From positions 118,358,001 through 118,422,000 of the forward strand of contig NC_043001.1 in assembly GCF_006345805.1 (NCBI RefSeq): 64,000 nt of DNA, read 5' to 3'. The translations under genes were made by a program, and so were the position numbers. Positions 53,477 through 64,000 of the stretch are shown in pieces; the first letter of the stretch is position 1; each line of letters begins with the position of its first letter. Under the pieces are notes generated by a model. The model had not been told where the DNA came from. It did not search any database and worked only from the letters and a program-made list of their open reading frames with translations. This DNA comes from Octopus sinensis. Its lineage: Eukaryota.

Positions 53477-53923
53477 CATACATATAAATATATGCATATA
53501 TATATATACATACATACATATAAATATATGCATATATATATATATATATACATACATATAAATATATGCATATATTATATATATATATATGCATATATAT
53601 ATATATACATACATATAAATATATGCATATATATATATATATATATACATACATATAAATATATGCATATATATATATATATATATATACATACATATAA
53701 ATATATGCATATATCATCATCATCATCATCGTCGTTTAACGTCCGTTCTTCATGCTAGCATGGGTTGGACGGTTCGTCCGGGGTTCTGGGAAGCCAGAAG
53801 GCTGCACCAGGCTCCAGTCTAATTGGCAATGTTTCTACAGCTGGATGCCCTTCCTAACGCCAACCACTCCGTGAGTGTAGTGGGTGCTTTTTACGTGCCA
53901 CCTGCACAGGTGCCAGGCAGGGC

Positions 53924-53954
<31 letters not shown>

Positions 53955-54352
53955 TATAATATATATATATATACATACATATAAATATATGCATATATAT
54001 ATATACATATAAATATATGCATATATATATATACATATAAATATATGCATATATATACATACATATAAATATATGCATATATATATATACATATAAATAT
54101 ATGCATATATATATATATACATACATATAAATATATGCATATATATATATACATACATATAAATATATGCATATATATGTATATACATACATATAAATAT
54201 ATGCATATATATATATACATACATATAAATATATGCATATATATATATACATACATATAAATATATGCATATATATATATACATACATATAAATATATGC
54301 ATATATATATATACATATAAATATATGCATATATATATACATACATATATAT
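53421..54352. repeat. AT-rich minisatellite (~30 bp unit) split by an RTE 3' insertion at 53714-53922
   Basis: Unit atatatatatacatacatataaatatatgc on both sides of a young RTE tail. Confidence 0.9.
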
Positions 54353-54384
54353 AACAGCTTCTTACATACTACTCTTATGTTAGG

Positions 54385-55050
54385 GCGTGTCTCACCCTGG
54401 GTGGGATGGTCTTATGTAGCACCACATGTCACCATTTAGTACAGTCGTTTATCTTTTGCATCAGATGCAGCATCCTCAGGTCAGCCTTCACCATTTGCCT
54501 CAAGTTTCTGTCGGTCTCCTCCTTTCACTGATTCTGTTGACTTGGTGTACTTGGGAATTTCTGTATGCTGCACTTATCTTCCATCTGCATCACTTCCCCA
54601 TACCAACCCAGCAACCTCACTTGCACGCTGCACCTGATGTTTCTCTAAGCCTATTTCTACTCTCAGATTCATGCACACTAATATTACACATCCATTTGAG
54701 CATGCTAGCTTTAATTCTTTCTCATCTTTGCAAGTCTTCTGCATTTACGGTTCATGACTTGCAGCATTGCAATTCTAGTACATGCATCATACATATTCGA
54801 GCACTAGTATTACACAATTTACTCTTTACTCTGAGGGAAAAGATCTTTGTTGCCAGCAGTGGTAATAGCTCTCTGAACTTTTTTAAACCTGTTCTTACCC
54901 TGGATTCTACACTTTCAGAAGTAATCACGTCCCTTGTTAATTATATTTCTTGGGTAACAAAGTTATCAACCACTTCTAGGGAGCCATCATTCAGGCATTT
55001 ATGGGAATTTGTTTCTGGTGTGCCCTGGGTATGAATTGCTCCAGTGCATC
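54385..55050 (-). mobile_element. Old RTE LINE ORF fragment
   Basis: Antisense of ...PLLATKIFSLRVK... and QTLRQMVKADLRML. Confidence 0.75.
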
Positions 55051-56054
55051 TGTCACTCTGTTGAAATGCAAAGATCATATGTTGCTGAAAATAGTCACCG
55101 TAGTCTAGCATCAAGATAAAATTTATATGGGAATACAGAATAGCAACATCTATATTTTCATAAAGATTTCTATCAACATTGGTAAATTTGATGTTAAAAT
55201 TTCACTAGTGAGTGAAATAGTTACTTTTTATATACTATTAATTATGCTGGAAAAATTGTTATTGCTAGTTTTTTCTAATTTATTTAATAAATTTCATTGA
55301 TTAAAAACACATTAGCTTCTTGTTTTTAATTAGATATATAGTAGTGTACTCGTAACCAGGTCATAAATGTGTGTGAAACTGCTCAATTTGGGGATTTTCT
55401 TGCGTAACCACCACCAAATGACACTAACTTATCATCACTAAGTTGATTTTTAAAAACTTTTTGTTGTTTCATTAGATATTACAAACTTTTGACTAATTTT
55501 TGTGAGAAAACTGTATTTCTACTAGTGCCACTTAATGTATAGCTTATGCTAAGCTTTACCTAAATGTTATGGTTTAATTAGATAGCTAATAAAATCTCTA
55601 CCAAAGAAAATTATGTTGATGTGTTATGAAGAACGAGCATTACATTTTATCTTTCTCCCTCTGTTTGCGTGTATGTCTCTCTCTCTCTATTGCTTTCTAT
55701 CTCTGTTAACTTATCAGCCCTAGGCAGTCATTGCTAGCATACATTCAGTTTTAGTATTGAAAATATTTCACTGAGATATACCTTTGAAATTATAATTTTT
55801 TACTACATGCACTTTCATTGTGTGCTTTTGTGCATTCACTGAGAAAGAATTCATTGATTCCTTTTTCTGAAATTTTTTATTTGTGTTGATTCAAGTTTTG
55901 TAGTCATCTTCAAGTTAGCTTGCCATATTTTTTTCTCTTCAATAGTGCTCTGCTTTCAGAATTTAATATTAAAAATAAAATTCTGAAAGGGTGATATAGG
56001 AATAAATATTCCTGAAATATAACAAGAATATTTCTTTGTGCAAAGTTTAGTTAA

Positions 56055-56276
56055 CATTTTAGCATTTAAACTGGCCATGTCCAGCCAAAGTAATCTACTT
56101 GTTTTATCTTCAAACTGACCAAACCTGGCTTCTCTTGCACCTACCCTGCAATGTCATTCTAAAAATAAACAATCACATCATTGAAGTCTCAAAGCTATGA
56201 GATAATGCACGACTAATTCAAATCAGTGAGAATGTACAAACATTGCATTTGACAGAGAATTCTGAATGCTAAAAGG
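56055..56276. mobile_element. piggyBac-type MITE
   Basis: TTAA on both sides (56051-54, 56277-80); TIRs cattttagcattt / gaatgctaaaagg. Confidence 0.75.
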
Positions 56277-57369
56277 TTAATGCTTCAATGAAATGGAATC
56301 ATTCAATTTTTGAGCAATAATAATATATAAAATGACTTAAATGAAATGACACCTAAAAAAGTAAAGCAAGGTAATTATTTCATATTCTTTCTTGAAGTAC
56401 ATAAATGCTATTCATGTAACCAACCACTGAAGTATGAAGTAGGAGTGAACCTGGTTTGTCAGTCAGGTTAACAGAAAGGCTTACAATGACTTGTAAGAAT
56501 TTCTGTATGTGTAGTCAGTTTCCTTTGTATAACCATTGTGCAATTAGTTGTCTATCTGTTGGATTGGAGGGTCAGCATTATATTTTCTCACAACAAACTT
56601 CTGTTTTATCAGGTCTTTTGAAAGACTTGTTAAATTCAAATTTGTGTCCTACATATTTAAATATTAAATAGCCTAAAACCACTATCATCAACTATCCAAT
56701 ATTATTCCTATAATGAAGACAAAATAGATCAATTTGTGAATCTTTATGATACATGAAAATACCTCTATCAAACTTTGTCATTATCCAGGAGCACAAACAT
56801 TTTGCCGCTCAGCTATTTCATCTCTATTTTTAGAAATGAATATTAAAATGTTTGATAGGAACAATTTTCAGTTTGTCATAATGAATGTTTCTTGCTCTCT
56901 GTAAGGAAAATTTGTTTTCTACTATAATGGAACTACTGGACGTTACGAAAACTACTGCTGATTCTAGTAATGTCACTTTTATTGCCATACTTTCTTGCAA
57001 GCATGGCTATGTCATTTAAGGCATTTGAATCATGATCACTTGATTCCAGGTTCAACCCTATGTGCAGCACCTTGGGCTAGTGTCTTTACTGTAGCCATGG
57101 GTTGACCCAAGCCTTGTAAATAAAATTGACTACATAGAAAAGTGTATGAAAGTTTGTTGTACTCTACCTGTTCTTGAGTGGTAGATCTAATCTGTCACCC
57201 AGTTTAATACCACCACTTGGGCTGAATGGGAGATTTTTGTGTATTTAGATTGCCCAGTTACTTTCAAGTGTTGGAAAGGAGGAGTCAGAATCATATTCTG
57301 GGTAGAAAATGTATATATTTTAAAACATTTTCTGCTCCTGTTTTTTACGTGTGGTTTTTAAAAGGCGAT

Positions 57370-59150
57370 TTATAAGAAATATCTAATAAGAGTGTTTGCT
57401 TGATGTTATAGTGTGATTATTATTATTATTTAAGGTTGTTGTGATATGCGGTGTGATATGTTATATTGTTGATGATGCTAATTATTCTATATATTTTATT
57501 GTTTGTATTGTGCTTTATATTGGACAAATGGTTGCCAACTTTTCTCATTTCTGTGGTATATTTATTGCTGTTTCCTCTTTTAGCTTTTGATTTCAGTTGT
57601 ATGTAGCTTTTTGTGTATTGTGTTTGAGGTTGTCTCTAGTTTTTATGAGGTTGGCTATTCCTGGTATGTTACCTTGTCAGATATGTTTCTTTAGATGCAG
57701 CTATAATTACGTTAATAATATAATAATTATATTTTTAGATGCATCTATAATTATTATTAATTATCTGTGTTGATGAAACTTAATTCTGTTTGCTAGTGGG
57801 ATGAGTTCCATTGTATTTTTTCATATTTATTTATTTTGACAGATTTCAAAAGTGTTTTTGTTTTGTTCCTTGATATAGTGTTGATAATTGCTAGATGTTG
57901 TGAGGTAAGTTTAAGAATTGTTTGCCAGGTGGTTGTGATGGCTGGGTATGTTGATCAAAAGGTGATGCCTGGGGAAAACTTGCTGTAACTTGCTTGGTAC
58001 TGAATGTGGGTGCGACAGTGTGGATTGTTTAGGGCCTAAAGGGGGTTTGATTGTGTAGGAGGTTAATTGAAGTGTCTCCTAATGATGATATTAGTATAGT
58101 TAGTTATGATGTGTGTGTGTGTGTGTGTGTGTGTGTTTATTGGCCTTAATCTTACAAGTTTTATCTTGAAAGCTTGCCTTTCTAGTATAGGGTTGTTTCC
58201 TATCAACTTAGAAATGCCATTTGTGATTCGACCACACCCTGCTGTAAAAAGTTCTGTCTTTCTACATTTGGTTATAATTAGAAATGGTAACTGTTCTAAT
58301 TGTAAGAATATTTCCCTAATTTTTATTATGTGAATGTTGTGATAATAATTTTTTTAGTTTCATAAATGTATCAAGGCTACTAGTTTTTTATGCCAGAGTT
58401 CAGACAATGTTTTGTGCCCTTGTTTACAAAGTGTATTTTTGTGTGAAGTATTTCTTTCTAAATCTGTTTCATGTAAACCTGCAATGCTTGGAAAGGATAA
58501 AACAATGGTACTTCTTGTTCTTATCATTGTTGTTACTATCACTGTTAGCCTTTCACTGGATCATTTGTTGTAAATGTTAGACTGTTCTTTTCAAAGGCGT
58601 GGATTGTGTTTTGAGAGAGAAGTTCCTTTGTGAGCTCATTATTTATGGGAATATTGTGAAGACTTTGAAAGACACCTTTATAGGGTGTTTAGAGCTTCAT
58701 GCAAATTCATAGCCACTTTCATTTTATGATAGCATCTGTATATGTGAGAAATATTTCTTCTGTCAAATACTGTTTAACTAGCCTTTTAGCTATGTTACCA
58801 CTGTTAGACTTCTCTGGTACATTATATTCAATATGGATTTATCCCATAGATTTACTAATCTTTTAAGATAGTAGCTAAGTATTTTAAGATTTGATTGCAG
58901 TTTCTTGCAGATCAAATAAATGCATAGAGGCTTTTTCGTAGTGATGGCTATTTAGTATATACATGATATACATTGAGATGGCACTGCTGGACAAATGTGT
59001 TGTAGTGACTAGGGAAAGTTCTAGAGGCAGAAGAAAATATAGAAAGAAGTGCTGAGATTAGATCTGTTGATGTTGTTCGTAAAATGGAATGAGAAGGATC
59101 GAGAAGAATAGTGATAGGCCCCACTTATCTTTTGCTAGTACAGAAAAATG
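57370..59150 (-). mobile_element. Highly degenerate Penelope-like retroelement (tentative)
   Basis: Strong G/T vs C/A strand skew; remnant frames such as LPFL and LTKELLSQN resemble Penelope RT motifs. Confidence 0.4.
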
Positions 59151-61225
59151 GTTGCTAAAATGATAATGTCTTTTACACATACACCTGTCTAATGGAGAAA
59201 CAAAAAATGTTTCTATCATTTGAGAACTGCAGATATTTGCTTAGGTATCCTTTGATGTTATGGTATGGATTCAATGATGCAAGTTACCTATACACTGTTC
59301 ACATGCGTGGCTGAATGGTTAAGAGGTTCACTTCACAGTGACAAAGTCCAAGGTTTGGTTTCACTGTCAGGCATCTCAAGTGTCTTTTACAATAGAGTCT
59401 GGTCAACTCAAACTTTATGAGTTTAATTATGGAAAAGATGGAAATTACATGGAAGCTCAGTGGATAGATTGTATTTGTATTTTAAAGGTCTATTTTTATC
59501 TCTCATTGTATCATGCTAATTTAGTATTAAAATTACTTCAAGAATACACACATCTATGGAATACTCAACCGTCTACATGTTGATTCAATGAATAGGTAGT
59601 TCAGTTGACTGAACAACTGTTTATTCATGGTTGAAATCAGTTTCAATGAGATCCATTTCTCATGCAAGCACAGAAATCTTTGTGTAGTACATAAAAATTT
59701 TCTGTTTTGGACTAGAATTTTATATTCAGAAGTTAGTTGCACTTTTGAAAGAATATGGTAGTTTGTAATGTTTGGATATTAAGTCATTGGTACTTAGCCC
59801 TTGAAGTAGGTACTCGGTGTAATGACTACTTCAGGCCAACAGATTATAATCAGGCAATCAAATAGAGATGGTTGGTGTGTATACATACAGCTTTGCAGTA
59901 TCAGTTTTATACTTTCTTGGGGTAATCTTTTGCATCCACTTTTGTGTGTGTGTGATAAATAGAATTTAAATGTAAAGGATATGACATAATTACTTATCTC
60001 ACAGTAAAAAGAACAGGTCTTCCAATAAAAGTTGAACCTTCTTCTATTACAAGCAATCACATTACAGAATAGACCAGTTTTTTCTGTAACAGTGGTAACA
60101 TAGCTAAAAGGCTAGTTAAACGTGTGTGTGTGTGTGTGTGCTTGTGTGAGTGAAAGCATCTTTATCTTCAGAGTGCTACAGGTAACATTTAATTCTGTAC
60201 ATATCCTCAAGGCTTGTCTGATAACCCAGCAGTATGAAAACAAGACCTGTCAAAAGAACAGATGAAGTCAGAAAAATGCTTAGGATGTTGAATGAGTGGG
60301 TTGTAAGACTACTTTGAGATATTACAGAGAGTGACCATACCTGTTCACCAATTAAAAGTCTATGTGGAGATTCTTAGGTGGTGAGCTTGTCTCTTTGGTA
60401 GAACAGATTTGTAAACAGTGAGCAGATATTGTTGTCATTTGTGAAGTAAATCTTTCTGTAGCTCATCCCCTTGCAACTGCAGTTCTGTGTCAAATGAAGC
60501 CCAGGGATAGGGTGCATGGTTGTTATATCCTTATGGGTAAATAAATACACTGCAACAGTGTAATAACAGTATGATCAGAACAAACAGCAGTAACCCTATG
60601 GGACGTAACAACATTCTTTTAACAACTAACAACCCAACATGCTAACTCAAACTGTAAACTTTGAACTATCAACACATGAACTGTGGAACTAGCATGAACT
60701 ACCCCACTTAGTCAAACTGCTACTATTTATATGAAGTGATCCAGTTCATTCTTACTAGGGGGGGGGGGCATTGTATATATATCTCTTATTATAAAAGGCA
60801 GATTTTATCTGCCTCCCTTTGTCAGTTATAGAAATCTACAATATAGGATTTCTTCAATTACAATTTACCTAGCATTTTTAAGAGTAGAATGCATTGGGTC
60901 GTGCCAGGTCCACTTTTTAAAATTTCAACCCCAATTAAGCAAAATTTAGAGAAAACTCACATTGTGGTGTATGAGTCAAATGCTTCTCTTAGTGTGGGAT
61001 ACAGCACACGCAAACACACACACACAGTGTGCAACGAATAAAATTAAAGTAATTCACTTTCTGTACTGAGTGATTCTTTCACTCTGCCTCCCACTTCCTC
61101 TTTACACACATAGACACGCAAATATATAAATAAAATTGTAAGCTAACGTGCGTGTGTGAGTGTGTGTGTGTGCGTGTGTGTGTGTGTGAGGGTGCGTGTG
61201 TGTGTGTGCGTGAGTGTATGACAGG

Positions 61226-61901
61226 AAAGTTTTTTACGACGAATATAAGACCTATATCCAAGTAGCAGAAAGATCGACCAAAAGTGTATATAGATATTTA
61301 ATTGTATTTATGTATTCATCTATACACAGATGTATGTATAATGTGTGTGTATATATTTCCATAGAGGTAACCTTTCACTCCATACAAAGTTTTTTAGGAC
61401 GAATATAAGATCTAAAGTATATACAAGTAGCAGAAAGATCGCCCAAAAGTGTATATAGATATTTAAATGTATTTATATATTCATCTATACACAGGTGTAT
61501 GTATAATGTGTGTATATATTTCTATAGACGTAACCATTCACTCCGCACAAAGTTTTTTAGGACGAAAATAAGATCTAAAGTTATCTCTAAGTAGCACAAA
61601 GATCGCCCAAAAGTGTATATAGATATATAAATGTATTTATATATTCATCTATGCACAGATGTATGTATAATGTGTGTGTATATATTTCCATAGAGGTAAC
61701 CATTCACTCCATATAAAGTTTTTTTGGACGAAAATAAGATCTAAAGTTATCTCTAAGAAACAGAAAGATCGCCCAAAAGTGTATATAGATATTTAAATGT
61801 ATTTATATATTCATCTATACACACATGTATGTATAATGTGCGTGTATATATTTCCCTAGAGGTAACCATTCAATCCATACAAAGTTTTTTAGGACGAAAA
61901 T
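61226..61901 (+). repeat. Tandem array of four units, 160-166 bp
   Basis: gacgaa.ataaga anchors at 61238, 61398, 61561, 61727, 61893. Confidence 0.92.
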
Positions 61902-62148
61902 ATTTATATATAAAAGAAAGGTTGTGTGTCTGTCTACTCCGATTTAGATTCCTAACTACTCCCACATTTTGCGATGCAGTTTAACCAAAACCGGGTATCT
62001 TATAGTCGTAATTCATATCGAGCCCTTCTGGGTATTAGCGCGCGTCTATGATGAGTCTATGATTTTACAAATAATTTACCATCATTTTATTCCATTTTAA
62101 TGCATATTTTTTTAATAAAGGGAAGTAACTCTCAAACTTCACACCAAT

Positions 62149-62640
62149 ATGCGTGCTCATATGCGACGTAATATCACATCAGCAGCATTTCCTCACACCC
62201 TCCTTGCACTTGGGGAAGGCAAAATACCAGGGGATGAAAATGGTAATATTGCCATCGATTCCATTTGTACCATTGTTAAGACGCCTTCTGATCTCAGAGA
62301 TGCAGTGTTCCCAGATCTACAAGCTAATTATCAGAATATGGATTGGATTGGCAAAAAGGCTATACTGGCCCCGAGGAATAAAACTGTTCACCATATTAAT
62401 GAGGAAATGCTAAAACTCATTCCTGGGGAAGTCTATGTATATCAGTCTATCGATACAACTCCTGACCCAGAGGACGTCATCAACTATCCAATAGAGGTAC
62501 TCAATTCCTTTGAGCACCCCGGACTACCACCACACTTTCTCAAACTTAAAGTTGGTGCCCCTATAATGCTCATCAGAAATTTGGTTCCCCCAAAACAATG
62601 CAATGGCACACATTTGATCGTTAAGTCCTTATCTCCCACC
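62149..62640 (+). pseudogene. Helitron PIF1-like helicase fragment (uninterrupted)
   Basis: KAILAPRNKTVHHIN, YPIEVLNSF, GLPPHFLKLKVGAPIMLIRNL, CNGTHLIV. Confidence 0.92.
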
Positions 62641-63397
62641 GTAAACTTATATCAATATTTGCCTGAATAATCATCATAATTCAGTGCAATCATTAACAGT
62701 ACTTTCAAGCAATTCAGCCCCGAGCAATGCCGGGCAATTCTGCTAGTATATATATATATATGTATTGTTATTTGTACTCTTTTCACTCTTGTACTCACAA
62801 CCTGCTTATTTCAGTTTCAAGATCTTTGTGTTTTGGCAGTTTCTCAACCTCTTTTAGAACACTGAAAGGGTTAAGATTATCAAAGTTATTATTGCCTTCT
62901 AAAATGAAATTTGGCTTTTTCATTCAACCACAGTAGTGATTGAATATATTCTTAAGTCCACCATTTTGTCAATCCCAGCAACTTCCAAGCTTCACCACTA
63001 ATTCAGTTCTCAACTAAATTGCAAACTGTTAATAGTTTTCAAGAGGACACCTCCTCAGCTACACTTTCGCATAAATAGTTTGAGATTTGGTTCAGTAGAG
63101 AAAAAGTTACATCAAAATATCTCTGACTTCAATTGGGGGCAGTAAGGCAGATATTCGTCTTCAATTAACATAAATCTTTTAATTTTAGATTAAAAGCATC
63201 CTTCTCTTAGGCTTAAATGATAGAAAAATGCCTGAGGAATTCAGAATCGTTAGTCGCATAGAACAAAAATTAGTAGAAAAACAGTTATGAGGTAGAATGT
63301 TACAAAATTTAATGTCAGTAAGTGAGGAAGTAAGGGAGTAATGCTTAAGCAATAAGAATAAAGAATATATTTCTAAAATGAATGTTTACATTGTAAG

Positions 63398-63680
63398 GCG
63401 GTGAGCTGGCAGAAATGTCAACGCGCCGGATGAAATGCTTACGGGTATTTCGTCTGCCATTACGTTCTGAGTTCAAATTCTGCCAAGGTTGACTTTGTCT
63501 TTCATCCTTTCGGGGTCGATAAATTAAGTACCAGTTACGCACTGGAGTCGATGTAATCGACTTAATCCGTTTGTCTGTCCTTGTTTGTCCCTTCTGTGTT
63601 TAGTCCCTTGTGGGTAGTAAAGAAATAGGTATTTTGTCTGTCTTTACGTTTTGAGTTCAAATTTTGCCAAGGTTGACTTT
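63398..63680 (+). mobile_element. SINE, second family, with partial tandem re-duplication of its core
   Basis: ggcggtgagctggcagaa head and tcatcctttcggggtcgataaattaagtacc core; core start repeated at ~63632. Confidence 0.9.
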
Positions 63681-64000
63681 GATGTACAGATTATTTGATT
63701 AATTTTTTTTAACTTTCAAACTTAGCTGAACAGTTTTGTACAGTAAATTTAAAAGATGGGAACTGTAAAGAGTGATAAATTAGAAGAACTGGCATTCTTT
63801 ACTGCAATATTTTAAGTAAAAAGTTTCTTATTCTTTACTTTACTAGAAGCAATAGCTTGTCCTATACTTTTACAGGTGTAATAACTTGTCCTGTACTTTT
63901 CCAGGTTTATAATCTTAAGAATATTACTTTTCATGCTCGCATTTTCCCATGTAATCCAACAGCTCCTTTGCACATAAAATGTGCCCAAGTTTAAGGTTAG

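Larger units (their letters stand above)
60782..62746 (+). mobile_element. Composite Helitron: 5' TC start, tandem array, second 5' module, helicase fragment, hairpin+CTAG end
   Basis: a|TCtcttattataaaagg start. 61905-62133 matches the 5' part of the Helitron at 19577. Ends cccgagcaatgccggg...CTAG|T. Confidence 0.8.

Noticed and set aside
61226-61901. Regular repeat array as a CRISPR or retrozyme
   Set aside because: No unique spacers and no hammerhead core; it is a simple tandem repeat in eukaryotic DNA.
63860-64000. Acceptor-like sites near the window end as the next NDST exon
   Set aside because: Translations do not resemble the expected NDST continuation and hit stops.

Overview
Repeat-dense, AT-rich animal genomic DNA. 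The RTE/SINE families and microsatellite load point to an octopus (inference). One host protein-coding exon is confidently recognised: the large first coding exon of a heparan sulfate N-deacetylase/N-sulfotransferase (NDST/sulfateless; + strand, CDS 45133-46137). Its 5'UTR portion carries 8 upstream AUGs, and no further NDST exon was found in the remaining ~17.8 kb. The rest is RTE, CR1/L2-like, BovB-like, R4/Dong-like and Penelope-like retroelements, tRNA-derived SINEs, four mariner copies, hAT/piggyBac/MULE-or-Merlin-like MITEs, Helitrons and micro/minisatellites. Highlights: (i) a minimal type I hammerhead ribozyme motif on the - strand at 32206-32246, plus two copies of a hammerhead-like fold with a variant CUGUUGA core; (ii) four independent short inverted copies of nearby DNA that look like templated insertions; (iii) several long foldback structures, one interrupted by a mariner whose empty site is preserved in the opposite arm; (iv) a composite Helitron with a ~160-166 bp tandem array and a helicase fragment; (v) a CpG-retaining block (~14-34 kb) between two CpG-poor blocks, suggesting divergent gene bodies. 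All alignments were done by eye. Boundaries of degenerate repeats are approximate.
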